From contig CAJINV010000017.1 of the NCBI GenBank assembly GCA_905178155.1, positions 1,232,722-1,296,721 on the forward strand: a stretch of DNA of 64,000 nt, written 5' to 3'. A model generated the notes under the pieces. That model was not told where the DNA came from and searched no databases. It worked only from the letters and a program-made list of their open reading frames with translations. Position numbers and translations under genes: made by a program. This DNA comes from Amoebophrya sp. A120 (Eukaryota; Protista; Dinoflagellata). Positions 45,117-58,009 of the stretch are shown piece by piece (positions within the stretch are counted from its first letter, which is position 1; each line of letters begins with the position of its first letter).

Positions 45117-48100
45117 ATGGCGGGCATCAGAAGGGCACTGTTTCCACATCCACTGCTCTTGGCGTGCCTCTCTTCCCAGGCAGCAGGAGACGAGACATCA
45201 GGGCATCAAGCCGAAATGGAAGAAATGTTTTCACCGGTGACATCATCAAATGACCCGGTGATAAGCCAGCTAGACAAATACTTCGGCTACAACGTGGCGC
45301 ACCATCTGGGGCATTTGCACGCGTACGACGCGTCACTGCCGAGTTGCGAACCTTTGGTCGCGAGGGAAGTAGAGCATAGAGCCCCCGCGGTTGACTTTGA
45401 CGGCTTCTCGGCCGCTGAAGTGAAGGGGCTGTCGGGTGAAAATCGAAATCACGATAGATCTTCACTCCCGAGACGAATCTTGCAAGTTCAAATCGGACGA
45501 AAGGTAGCTCAACAAATCTCACCAACGCTGAATGATGAAGCTAGGGTTGAAGATGCCCCCGAGCTGCCTCCTGTTGCAGTAACGTCGACTGTGGTGAATC
45601 ACGAGCATTTTCTCAGGTCCGACTTTATTCCGGTTTTGAAGATCAACAGTACGACGACAACACGACCAAATGTTGATATTTCACTTTCACGAAACGCAGC
45701 AACGGTAGCGGAACCGCAAGTCGTTCCGGTCTCTGATCACTTGACCTGGTTCCGTCTCGCGCTGGCGGATCCGGAGCACAAGGTCGGAGATCTAGAGCAG
45801 GTTTTTCGCTCCACCGACCGCTATCACGCAATTGTGGTGGATGTTGTGTCATCGCTTGATGATGACAGTGAAAATCAAATAAATTATGCCGTCGATGCTG
45901 AAGTTAATCAATATTCGCCCGCAGCAGCAGCTTCTCCTCATGCAGCCGTAGAGCAGGAGGCGGCTACTCCTACTCGGCGTAGGCCAGTAGTAGAATCAGG
46001 ACTACTTGGCGGAACAACCGGGCTGGCCGCTCTTCTCGGTAAAGTGCTGCACAAGGCGCAAACATTCTGTAGTCGCATCATTCTACGAGTAAGCAGCTCC
46101 ATATCTTTGAAGAGGAGCTCCACAACAACTACAGTGTCACCAGAGCCAGCATTGCAAGAAGATGCGATCGTGTCCCTGAAGCGCGAAGTTCTGAAGATGG
46201 GAGGAGAAAACGCCACCGGCTGCGTCCTCCTGGACCACGAGCAGCTGCCACGAGGAACAAATAATATATTTCAGAGCCGCTACTACTTCGCCGTTTCTCT
46301 GAACATGAACGCGTGGTCGCATACGAAGCACCTCGCAGAGCGGCTTTTGCAGCAACGAGCCGCGCACGCCGACGAGCAAAGCTACAACCGATTTGGGCCG
46401 CCCTACCTCGGTATGAGTCCGGTGACCACGCTGTTTATGTACGTGCACAGGGAGATGTGGAAGAAATTGCTGGAACGACAAGAAATGGTGAAAAGGACCA
46501 CGAGCTCAAGTGAAGTTGATGTGCATCAAAGCGATAAAATAGATAAAGTGAACTTTCCGTCTGCTGCAGAAGGAGAACGACTTGCAGCTGAGCGGGCGCA
46601 GCCAGATGAAAGCAGATACCATCCGGACGATTTTAGTCCCCTAGACCACAACGAGTGGGGTATGGTAAACGCGTTCTACACACTTCCGCTCGCCCACTGG
46701 ACCGAAGTGCAGCGGTTGCGGGACTTGGAGTCTAAGTATGGAGACGGGTGCGGACGAGATGATCTGACCGTGAACTTCGTGGCGCATCCGGACTCCCGGG
46801 TGAGCGGGGATTTCGCGCAGACCGTGGTGGACACGAGTGCCGCGGCGGTCAAAAAAAACGAGGAAATAAATCATGAAGCGCCGCCGGGGGCCACGCCAGC
46901 TGCAACTAAACCAAGCGCAAGTGCCGGTGGACAACATGAGCAACAGAGTTCGCCTCAAGTTGTAGGAAAAGTGACCAAGACCGCCGTGCTCCTTGGCGGC
47001 GACCGCATGCGCAATTCCTTCCAACGCGGGTGCAAGTCGCACAACTACGCCCCGCACTACGTGCGGCATTTGTGGCATCTGGTGAAACGAACTAAACCCT
47101 TCGCGGTCATTGAAGTCGGGGTGCTCCGGGGCTCGGGATTGGCGATGTGGTCGGATTTTTTTCGGGGGAACGCGGAGGTGCACGGTTTCGATTTGGAGAC
47201 GAAATTTGCGTTCGAAAACCGGAAGTACCTGGTGGAAAGAGGCGCGTTTGGCCTGGTGGGGCCGGACGAGAGGACGAGTGAAAATATATCAGCAGGGGAG
47301 AGCAGTGTGAGTGGACCAGCGCGGGGACCTGCTCAGCAGGGTGAAGTAGATGATGATAGCGTCACAAGTTCTGGTCCTCCACCTTGCGAGTGCGCGACGA
47401 GGACCAACAGCGATAAGAAATCGCAAGACCACCACGACGCGTTTGAGTTTTTTTCTCTCAAAAAGTACTCGGTTCAGGAGCATCTGCAGGTGCCTGCGGC
47501 GAGCCAATTAGAAGCCGCCGCCGACGCTTGCGCGGCGAGATGCTCGCGATTGCCTCTGGACGTGCACGACCAGCATGAGGGTCGTCCTGCCTCAGATCAA
47601 AACAATGTCATCGAAGTGAAGCACCACAATGCGCCGTACCTCTACAAGTTTGACCAAACGACCGTCTCGCAGACGTTGATCAATCGTGTGGAGCAGACGC
47701 TGAGCTGGCCAGCAGCATCATCGACGTCTTCCGTAATAGGATCCGCAGGAGGTAGCAGTTCTTCAACAACATCAGTTTCATCTCGGCCCCCGGTGCTCCT
47801 AGTAATCGACGACGGCAAACACGATTCCCAGACCGCGTGGATCACGTTTCGAACCTTCATCGGCTTACTGTCCGAGAGGACGAGTCAGCAGGAGCACAGA
47901 AACCAGAAAGATGATGAAAAGCTTCCGTGGGAGGACCAAAATGAGTTCTACCAAAACGACGGCGCTTTGTCCTCTTCACCGATCGTAGGAGATGAAACAG
48001 GGTCCTCGTCGACGTCCCGAAGATCCTTTTCTCCGCCTGCTGCTCCTTGGGTGTATGTGATCGAGGACTGTATGTGCAACACGTTTGTGTTTTTGTTGCA

Positions 48101-48260
48101 ACAGAAGAGACCGGATCTATTCATTTACAAGTACTGGAACGGACACAACTCAGATCTGATTTTCATTCAGCCGACGCGGGTCGAAGACCAGAAAATATCA
48201 GGAGGATCTCATTGGTCATGGAGAAAGGGCAAAGCCATGTACAGCTCCACCGTGGTTTGA
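45117..48260 (+). CDS. Putative secreted/lumenal protein with C-terminal class I SAM-dependent O-methyltransferase (Methyltransf_24/MycE-like); ORF opens at 44820
   Basis: Signal-like MAGIRRALFPHPLLLACLSSQAAG. Motifs GGDRM..HNYAPHY, motif I VIEVGVLRGSGLAMWSDFF, VHGFDL, FDQ, LVIDDGKH, YVIED. Confidence 0.75.
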   Translation: MAGIRRALFPHPLLLACLSSQAAGDETSGHQAEMEEMFSPVTSSNDPVISQLDKYFGYNVAHHLGHLHAYDASLPSCEPLVAREVEHRAPAVDFDGFSAAEVKGLSGENRNHDRSSLPRRILQVQIGRKVAQQISPTLNDEARVEDAPELPPVAVTSTVVNHEHFLRSDFIPVLKINSTTTTRPNVDISLSRNAATVAEPQVVPVSDHLTWFRLALADPEHKVGDLEQVFRSTDRYHAIVVDVVSSLDDDSENQINYAVDAEVNQYSPAAAASPHAAVEQEAATPTRRRPVVESGLLGGTTGLAALLGKVLHKAQTFCSRIILRVSSSISLKRSSTTTTVSPEPALQEDAIVSLKREVLKMGGENATGCVLLDHEQLPRGTNNIFQSRYYFAVSLNMNAWSHTKHLAERLLQQRAAHADEQSYNRFGPPYLGMSPVTTLFMYVHREMWKKLLERQEMVKRTTSSSEVDVHQSDKIDKVNFPSAAEGERLAAERAQPDESRYHPDDFSPLDHNEWGMVNAFYTLPLAHWTEVQRLRDLESKYGDGCGRDDLTVNFVAHPDSRVSGDFAQTVVDTSAAAVKKNEEINHEAPPGATPAATKPSASAGGQHEQQSSPQVVGKVTKTAVLLGGDRMRNSFQRGCKSHNYAPHYVRHLWHLVKRTKPFAVIEVGVLRGSGLAMWSDFFRGNAEVHGFDLETKFAFENRKYLVERGAFGLVGPDERTSENISAGESSVSGPARGPAQQGEVDDDSVTSSGPPPCECATRTNSDKKSQDHHDAFEFFSLKKYSVQEHLQVPAASQLEAAADACAARCSRLPLDVHDQHEGRPASDQNNVIEVKHHNAPYLYKFDQTTVSQTLINRVEQTLSWPAASSTSSVIGSAGGSSSSTTSVSSRPPVLLVIDDGKHDSQTAWITFRTFIGLLSERTSQQEHRNQKDDEKLPWEDQNEFYQNDGALSSSPIVGDETGSSSTSRRSFSPPAAPWVYVIEDCMCNTFVFLLQQKRPDLFIYKYWNGHNSDLIFIQPTRVEDQKISGGSHWSWRKGKAMYSSTVV

Positions 48261-49647
48261 TGGTCACCTATTCGATGAAGCGGTGTTCGTTGTGGTTGTT
48301 ATGCGCGAAGTTGGCGCTTTTGCAACTAACGGATCAGCTGCGAGATAGCAGGCAGAAGTACATCAAGCGGAAAAGATATGGACGAAACCAAAAGCAATCA
48401 TGGCTAGCTGTTGCGCTCAGGAGACCATCGCGCATCACTTTATGCAGCATGGTTTCATAGCGTTGCATTCAGCACTAAATCACACCATGGTGCAGAATGT
48501 TACGCAGGATGGTTCTGCAGATGTCTTAGCATGACAGTCAGATCTTCAAATGTGAATGTCGTGTCGCGATGCATAAACGCGTCTGGCGCAGTTTGACTTC
48601 TACGTCTATGCAGATACAAATCCCCCTTTTTAACCAGACCAAGCACTGCTTTTGCTGGATCAACACTCTTGTGATCCTCGAAATCAGCAAAACCCAATTC
48701 GATGAATTCAACAGTGCACAAATTATACAAGACGACAATCGCTTGGTTTCGAATTGGATGAGTATGGTCGAACGATGTCAAAGATCTGTGGCACTGTCGT
48801 GACATGAGTGCTGAGATCAATGCTTCTGAAAAGTTCTACTATGAAACCTCTGCAGAATTAACAATAGCTCATGACAGCATCGCGTAAAACTAAAACCTTT
48901 TGCGCGAGCTTGTCCTGGGAATTGGAGAAAAAGATCATCAAATCCCCTACTTGCTGCATAACATATAGATACAATGCGTGGCATATTCGTGTGTGCTGCC
49001 AGACTAAACTTTTATCTGTGCACTACGATTTTCAAACAACGCACAGACTTCGATATTTCGTACTTGTGGTAGACGACTTTCTTCGCTGACGATAAGTTGG
49101 TAGATGAATTTCAAGTGCTCTGACAATTGAATACTTTGTAAACTTTGTAATGTAATTGCGCTGCAAGAAATACGTAACAACGTCCTTGTTCTTTAAGCTT
49201 CAACGAAGACGAACTACTTCTTCCTCCCATTTATTTTCTCGTAGTACCAAAGGCCATACAAATAGTAAACAACTTTAGTTTGGGGAAGACTCTGTTGATA
49301 AGTGTTTGTCAACGTTGTCAAAGTCAACTATCTAAACGCTATAAAAAGCGCTCGTGGTCGTGCGGAATCGAAAAATAGGTCGAAACAAATTGGAGCAGCA
49401 ACCGTGACCACCGTGTCGCGATTTTTCTGTTCTTAGTCTGGACCGCCAGGATCTTGGTTTTGATCCGGCGAGGGCGGTTACAAGGCAGAAGGACCACACG
49501 GGAGCACAACTACAAGTACACGCGCGACCCGATGATCCTCCATTGATTTCGCATACAATCTCTATTTCGTTTTCCACCTGTTACGTACACGGACACAACT
49601 GAAGACACCAGACCAACGAACATTTTTAGAGCTCCTTCAGCACCAAA

Positions 49648-52600
49648 ATGAAGCTGAATTACGACGTCGAGGGTGAAGAACTGCACGGGCAGGTGCACTA
49701 CGGAGGTCAAGGCAGGACGAATATGCACTATCTATACGGCCGAAACTTCAACGAGAACCGCGAGAGTTTTTGCCAGATGGACGAAGATGTTGATCGCCAA
49801 CAAGATGAGCTCGTTCTGCTCTGCTTTGCGGACGTTCGGGATCGCGACCGGGTGCACGACGACTGGACGCGCAACGAAGACGATTTACCTGGTGCGATCA
49901 ATCTGGAGTTCACGGCGAAGTCGTCGTTTATTGCGAGCAGTTGTAGTAGCCTGATGGGGGTTCATCAACGAGGTGGCTATAGTGACGTCGATGTTTGCTC
50001 TGCTGGTGTTCACGCCCCAGTCAAACTAGCCTTTGTTCAGCCGCCGGGAGAGGTGCAGCACAGCTTGAGACACGGTATATGAAGTTGATGCCCAGCACTT
50101 CGTACATTGGTTTGGGCCGTATTTTGATTTGTCCTTTACTCGCAGTGCCTCCTATTATTTTCGGCAAAGAATCAAAACATTCGACGCAGAGTTAGCAGGA
50201 CTTGAATAAGTTGAATTTTTCCTTTCGCAGGCATCTGTGTAGTTGTACGTAGATATGTGGTGAAACGAACCCCAAATAACAATAAGCCGCAATTCAACTA
50301 CAGCCTCCGCGCACCTGACTTACCGCAACGCCACCAAGCCGGGGTCTTTTCAGCGAACGGAAGTCGTGTCCTGCAAGCCGATCGAAAACCTGAAGCATGA
50401 GGAGGAGGCCCTCCCACTCAAACTCTCCTTCGGCGACTTTCACGTCAACCGCTTCAGCCACAAGGTTTTTGCCATCGGGAAGCTCCAGTTTCAGCATGAA
50501 GGAACTAGTACACATGGTCCTGCTGGTGGTCTGGTGAGCAAGTCGCTGTCCACCAGTTGTACCCCTCCGGTGGTTTCACACCACAGAAGTTCTTTCATCC
50601 ACAATGCAAATGTTGAAACCTCTTCGGGGGACCATGACGTGACCGGGCGGAACAGTCGGCGGACCAGCGGGTGCTATTCGTTTTTCAACTCGAACTCGAC
50701 GAACTCAAACCCAAACTCGCATCACTCGAATTCGGGGATGTTCATCCATGGTGGTAGTGGAGGAGCTCCTGGTGGTGCTCCTTCCTCGAGGCATTCCTCC
50801 TTCTACACATCGGCGTCGCAGAGCAATTTCGGCGGTGGAGCAGCACCGCACAGCACGGTTTTGTACACTGTGGCCCTTTGCCCGGTCGAGGAGATGAGCA
50901 CAACAAGAACAACTCCTTGCACCAACAAGAACATTGGCGGCCGAATAAATCACCACGACCTTCCCAGCAGCAGCAGAGACGATACTAGCGCCCGCCGTTT
51001 GTCCTCCAATCTAAACTTCTACTCCTCCACGTCCTCCCTCTCCAACTCGAACCTGGTTCACCACGACAGGGCGGCGCAACACGCAGTAGACCAGAGAAGT
51101 CCATCCTTCGTCCGTTCTACGGCGCAACACGCAGACCAGAGAAGTTCATCCTTCGTCCGTTCTAGTCACCACTTGAGCGCGGCGGCAGCGACGCCCCGGC
51201 GAAGCACGACAACGAGTGGGTTGCCGCCGAGAATCAGCATTGGACGAGGACGCGCCACAACGACGTCGGGAGTGACTGTCAGCAGTGCTGGAGCTGCTGC
51301 GCCTGCGGGAGCTGCTCAAACAGGCACTTCATCTACGACCCAAAGAGCGTCTACTTCTCAGGTTGGCGTTGGGGAGGCTCAGTTGCATAGTAGTGCTGTT
51401 GGGGGGAAGATCGGGATGATGAACGTGAACGTCGCGGAGCAAGAACAAACTTCCGCGACGCCAGCTCCTGTGCCGAAGTTCAATTTTGACAACTTGCTCT
51501 TGGAGCACATGTCCTCGTCTTCGGGGACGGAGACGAAGCCGGGTGCTGCTGGTGGTGACAGCAAGGTCGTGAATAAAGGCGGAAGAGCACCTGCTAAGAA
51601 GCCCTCCCGAAGTGTTGAGCTTGAGCATGCTCCCACTCTTCTTGAAACGACGCCTGCTTCTGCTACAACTCCTAGTACCAGTGTGAGCAACACGACAGCT
51701 AAGGGTCGGGGTCGGTCCAGTGTTGTTTCCCTTGCTGGTGGCTCAGCAAAAGGAAAGGACACTTCTAGAAAAGAAAAGCACCCTCCTGCTACTACGCAGC
51801 TTCCGCGGGGCTCGAAAGGAAACATCATGTCCAGCCTGACAACTATTCCTGATAGCAGTAGTGCTGGTGCTGCTCGCGTAAATGAGATGGCCGGTTATAG
51901 TAGTCGGGTTGCTGATCACGACGAATCTGTTGCCGCCCATAGCCGCAGCTCGCGCGGCCTGTCCTCCGCAACTCTGGACCAGCAGCACCACAAAGGGAGC
52001 GGAAAGCAGGCCCGGGTGTCATCATCGAAAGGCGGTTTCATTGGAAGTAGTGGTGGTAACAAGAACCCTGCTCTACTTCACCAGCATTCGCAGCGTGCGT
52101 CGTTGTCGTCAAATAAGGGCGGTGGAGGAAATATGAATATCAACCCAGCGGTCGCCAGTACAGTCGGCAGCTCCTTCATGCAGCAGCAAAAATCTTCTGC
52201 GTTCGACCCCAGATTCCCAGCTGACGGCGTGATCAGTTTACACAAGAAGCGCACTCCAGTTGCACGGATCTCGATGCCGACAGCTTCTACTTCCACTACT
52301 GCTCATGATGCTCCTGCTGCAGTACAACAGCAGCAGCCAGGCGCAGCTGCTGGCACGGTGCCACATCAGCTCAGTTGCCCCGCTTCGCTGCAGCAGCCGG
52401 CGTCTACTCGTCTCCTGATGGTGGAGGTCGGAGCAACTAGCAGTAGCACCACATCTTCAAGAACGGAAGATAACAATACAACAAACGCTCCTCTCGTACC
52501 CAAAACGCCAACGCCGAAACGCAGTTTGCAGACCGTTTCTTCCAACACGCCAAGTTCCACCCGGTGCCCACACGACACGCCGAGCATGACTTTCTCGTCA

Positions 52601-55207
52601 GCTACAAGGGGGGCACTTTCGTCGGTTCCGCCTTCGCAGAGGAACACAATCAGAGAGGAGGAGGAGCAAATGCAGTTACAGTTGCAGCATGGTTTTCACG
52701 ACCGCGAAGCTGCTGTGGATCTTCACGACTATCACTTGCACAACCATGCGGAGGAAGTGGATGAATTCGGGCACGACCATGGAGTTGACAGGGAGGAGGA
52801 GGAAGATAATCCTCTCCTGCTGCTCGATCAGATCAATGCCGACAAGAATGAGATAGATCAACAGCTCCACCCCGATGACGTTGCGATCTACGGCCGAGAA
52901 TCGGTCAGCGCGTATGACGATGATGTCAACAACGTCGTTGTTGGGCAAGATCAGCAGGAGCACGAAACGGATCGTCAAGATCAACGTCGCCAAAGTCGTG
53001 AGACAATGACGAATTTGATTCCCTTGCCGCCTTTCGGGCCGGTGAGTGAAGCGACGATATTAATACCGTCTTGTAATAATTCCGCTCAACAACAACTACA
53101 TGACCTTGGTCAAGAACTACTCCATCGATACAGCAACCGCTTGAGCTGCAGTAGTCAAAATGCAGTATCGCTTCCCGGCGCAGATCATCTATTTCCCGGA
53201 GCTGCACCAAACGTCGTGTCGCAGGACAATGCCATCAGCCGTGGTTCGACTGGAGACAGTGCCAGTGGAAACTTCTTCACAAGCAGCAGCAGCAACATTC
53301 CCTTCAACAGCGCGAACGTGGAGAACGGCAGTAGAATCAACGACATCATCCCGAGCGGAGTGACGCTCTTGGACGTCATGAACGCGCTGAACAGTGTTAA
53401 TAATGGTGGCAACAGTGCAAACAATAATCTTGCAAGCCTACACTCGAGCGGCAATGTTTCCAACTTTTCGCACTCGAATACAAACTCCTTGCAAAATGTT
53501 GACGGTACAACCGCAAACGATAATTCTTCGTGTGCCTACAACCCCGACCGCGAGTCGATCAGTGCGAGTGTCTCAGGAACTACTTCTGCGTCGATTTTCG
53601 GACAACAGATGCTGATGATAAATCAACAGCAAATCCACAGCAGTCACTCGTCAGCACACCACCTTCATCTTCCTCTCGCTCCGTTCAACAGTTTGGCGAG
53701 CTGCAATGCGACGAGCACGTTTAATGGTGCCGCGAGCAATGCAAATACTGCAGGAAAAGAGGAAGACCAGGAGATGCATCAAGCTTCTTCCAGTACTACC
53801 ACGCGCGAGAAGTCTTTCTTTGACAATGTTCGACGAAGTGAAGATTCCCAGCAGCACAGTGTGCAAATCAAGTTTCCGTCGTCGAGAGATCGAACAAGCG
53901 GCACGGCGAGCTCAGGGCCGGTCATTAGTTTGATTCCGATTGGGGGAGGTGGACCGGAAGAACGGGATCGTGGAAGCAGTGGTGCCAATAACAGCGGCAG
54001 GGATATCCCGGCAATGATGAATAGCGTGCTTGATCAAAAACAGAATCCGCACGGCTTTCAGGAGGAACTCCAACTCCTACCCCCCTGCTATGCGAGGACC
54101 ACGATGGGCGCCGCCGCCGCGACGAACCCTCCAAACCCGAATTTCATCATGCCTCCGCACCAGCCTTTTATGCCCGCTACGGGTGGCATCCTGGCGGGCG
54201 CCATGAACCAGGCTAGGCTCAGTGGGCGTGCGCTCGGCGGCAGCGACGTGTTCAAGAATGTCCGCGTAAGCAGTTGCAGTAATAGTTCCGTGATGAATTA
54301 CACTGGTGATGCTGGTGCTGGATTAGGATTGAATATTCCAGCAGCTGATATAGAACCGCTTGTCTCCGGGGCTCGGCAAGTGTCTTCGTCCAGCTTTGTG
54401 TCTTCTACAACTTCTGGCGGTGCTGATGGAGGTACTTCTAGTACAGCTCTCGCGCCGCAAGCGCAGCAAATCCTCGATCCAGCTGTCCGCGCTTCGGTAA
54501 CGGATCCGTTGTTACTTAACACGATGACAATTCTGCCACCGGGGGCGCTAGGGCTGTCTCCCGGGGTGGGGAGCCGTGGAGCCGTTCATGAGACGGCGCC
54601 ACCAGGACGAGCCGGTCGAAGTGACGGTGCTGTTCAAATAAATCGAAGCATGAACAACTTGGGTGGAGGCGGAGCAAACACTTCTGGCACAGCTACAACA
54701 TGTAGCTCAACATCTAGAACACATGGACGAGAGCATGATGAAAATAATAAAAGCCTGCAGTACTCTCCGAGCTTCGACACGCCAACGGAGATGACTGTTA
54801 TTTCCGGAGGATCCACAGCTGAGCTTGGCTGCAGAAAAATCAGTGGCGATGCGCGCGCTAGTACTGTACGAAAGCATAACTTCAGAATCGAAGACGCTGA
54901 AGCGACAGTATCGCCCAATGTTGCTACTGGTACTACACCGAGCACTGTGCTCGGAGAGAAAGTGGCACTAGAAGACAAGACCGCGTCTGCGACTGCAAAT
55001 AGTACTGCTTCACAAAAGCAAGCGGACCACTTGAAAGTATCCGAAGAAGAAAATGAGAGTGACGAAGTGGAAATTTGCCAGCACCGCTCAAGCAAGTGGG
55101 GCATGGTGGTCATGGTACCCTCGAGCAGGAGAAGCTCGCACATTCACCGACCGTCGTACGCGAAGGGGTCGTTGCTACAGCATCAAAGATCGAAGTCAAT
55201 GAACTAG
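49648..55207 (+). CDS. Uncharacterised ~1,780-aa protein: short globular N-terminus then S/N/T/Q low-complexity tract; exons 49648-50074 and 50304-55207
   Basis: A phase-1 GT-AG intron at 50075-50303 (gtatat..tacag) links ..SLRH-A-SAHLTYRNATKPG.. in frame with the 1,613-aa ORF. Confidence 0.7.
51072..51164 (+). repeat. In-frame tandem duplication (48/45 nt): AQHAVDQRSPSFVRST / AQHADQRSSSFVRSS
   Basis: Near-identical adjacent copies at 51072-51119 and 51120-51164, differing by a 3-nt indel and one substitution. Confidence 0.9.
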
Positions 55208-55997
55208 AAATTTCAACAAGAACCTCTCTTTAGTCATCACGCCCGACATCAGAAATTATAATCCGTTTCCAGAACTGCAATTGGACGGGCTATGCCGCAG
55301 AGTATTTCTCTTAAGATAAAATACCCTTCAACACCACGTCGACCTTTCGTTATCATTACCTCTCTGTTACTTTATTTTTTCCTATATTTGCCTGTTCCCG
55401 CTTTGCTTGTTGTCCATGTATGATGTATTGAAAATATTACTTGTGTACTCGTAAAAACAACTTCAACTAGCTCACGGACTGGATGTATTTCAACTTTTTG
55501 GTTTATTCAAAAAGCCTGCTGTAGCACAACTGTTTCTATTGCTACCAGCAGAGACCAGTACTTTTTTGCTTTCGACCGCAAGAACTCAAGAAAGAACTCA
55601 TTGAAATCGTCACTCACTTGTTCCAGTTGTATAGTACGCAGAAGCTACACCTAAAAGGCATCAGAAGTACGCCCGGATTCAGAGAAATTAGGCCATAGAT
55701 CAGGGCTCCGAGGTGCCGCGCATGGTGTCAGCTCTTTAGTTTTACTTGTTACAGTGAAGATCAGCATGTTATGCCGACATTCTATCCATACCATCCAGGA
55801 TTGGCTTGGGTATAGGTCATGCCTTTGGTCGGAGAGTGAGATGAAGTATTTATGATGTCTATGGGTTGAAGTAATAATTACCTACGTGCTCTCGAGAACT
55901 ACTTTTACTTTCACAACAGGAATTGGATGCGAATAAAGAGACTTGTTAGCCTACCAGTATCGCGTCTGCTGTGCAGTAGCGAGGGCAACGACCTACA

Positions 55998-56017
55998 GAT
56001 CTCTACTAGTAGAGATC
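55998..56017. repeat. Perfect 20-bp palindrome
   Basis: gatctctactagtagagatc is its own reverse complement; intergenic. Confidence 0.85.
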
Positions 56018-58009
56018 GCTCCTTCGCAATCCGATTTCTATCAGAACCAGCCCGCGAATATTAGAAGCGAAATATTACAAACGTGATAAGCTACCGACAT
56101 CCGAAAAGAGCAGGCACCTATGATTCAGCCAGCTAGTAGTGTCACCAGAACTTAATGAATTCTTGTGGAAAATAAGATCACAACACTCATCTTCTCTAGA
56201 AGACTGGATTTTTTGTGTACATGTCAGTCAGATGCTATCTAACGAAACTTGAAGCATAGGAGGAATAGACTCAAGGAGCTTCTGCGCTACTAGCATTTGC
56301 TCTGGCACAACCGGCAGCAAACGACTCATCAAGCTCTGATTCTTGTGTCAGGCCCAGAAAAGAAACTTGCACTTGCAGCAGGTGAGCAACTACTCGGCCT
56401 TGAGGATACAGGAGAGCTTTTCTATGCATCTACTGCCGTGTGTATTTATTTCGTCGATACAGCCTTCGGGCGTCTATTGTGATGGAATGTTGGGTCCTTC
56501 TTGTATATGATTTTTTGAAATCGTTGAAACAGCTCGACAATATCTTTGCAGTTGCTCCTTCCCCAAAATATTAAATGAGTGGGGACGGAAATATTGATAG
56601 ATCGATATTAGAAAGGCAAAGTTTCAACAGACCTTGATGCAGAAAATGAGAAATGCACCCTCCTGCAACTCCAAAACTAGGGCTCATAAGCGTGTCTGGC
56701 GGAGTTTCGGACTTCTCATCTCTTCTGCAAAAATATATATGCGAAAATGAAATTGAAATCATGATTGGCACTACAACAGACCACTCCGACATAAAGAACC
56801 AAGAAGCGACTTCTAGCCTTCTATTTTTTCCCACTTCTGCTGTACGGCGAACTCCGACGGGAAGCGTGGAAAAATAGAAACGCTATAAATATTTCAGGTT
56901 GAAAAAGAAAACCTTGCGAGCTGTGACCACTCTGAACTTTTTTTGAACAAGTTCGTACGAATCACGACCAATAGATATGAAGTTCTAAGGACTACGCTGA
57001 ACGTGCAGGAGAAGTGGACATCACGCTTCATAGATGTTCTTTTCGTTTTCATCTCAGACGTGCAGAAGCGCGGCATGCTGCAATTACTACAACACCACGT
57101 ATATTTATATTAAACTTGTTGATCTTGTCGCTTCGTGGGGTTGGGTGTGTTGAAGCATGGGGGAGGGGAGGAAGCATGTCGCGGATATTAAAGTCTATTT
57201 TCGCAAAGATGTAGATGGTACATCACAAACATCCCTCGGTTGCAGTCAGTTGCACGTCTCGCCACGTAGTATTATCTTCAAGATTTTTTGATGGATCGTT
57301 TTCAGTGGGGCGTGGTGTAACAATCGCTACATCAGCTCCCTTTGCACTCTCGTTGCGGTCTTTTCGTGAATATACGTGCGCACAAACTACTGGAATAAAA
57401 GTTGAAGGCTCATCTTTTGCATTTGGAACTTTATTGCGTTTTAAAACAAAAACACCTAGTAGTACCCGCACAGCTAGTACAACTAAGAGTTGAAGACAGC
57501 GCCGAATGTATGGCTAAAGCAGCACTGCAGGTGCACTTTTTCTTGGGCTTTTTGATATTGATTCTTGTTGTACATACTTACAACTTTTTACTTTTGCTAG
57601 CGATTTTTGTTGAATATTGTAGGCAGCTGCAGTGGAGTTCTCATCATAAAAATGTTTTGTGGCACCAACAAGAAGAAAAACTGAAGACGAAGAACAGGAA
57701 CGTTGGCGTCACTGTCGAAGTGTATTTTTCAAGCGCAGTAGGAGCGAAAGGAAAGCCATTCATCGATTTCCCCGCGACTTCGTGGGGTGCCGGAATCATC
57801 TTATTTGTACGGCCGCGCTTCTCCACGTCGCGGTCGCCTTGTCCTGCTGTTTTAACGAAGAGTGCGCACGATTCCGACAAACTACACTGGTTCATCTGAA
57901 AGAACTGTTGCACTTTTTGAGACTACTTTAATGGTAGGAACCCACTTACAACTTCTACAGAAGGTCCGCGTGTGAGCAGGAGCCAGCCAACTATTGCGTG
58001 CACAAGCAC

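Noticed and set aside
48500-48820. Minus-strand ORF with kinase-like words (ADF, GDLY, MHRD)
   Set aside because: Motif order and spacing do not fit a protein kinase; no further subdomains.
55998-56017. 20-bp palindrome as a regulatory site or terminator
   Set aside because: Single occurrence with no supporting context; recorded only as a repeat.
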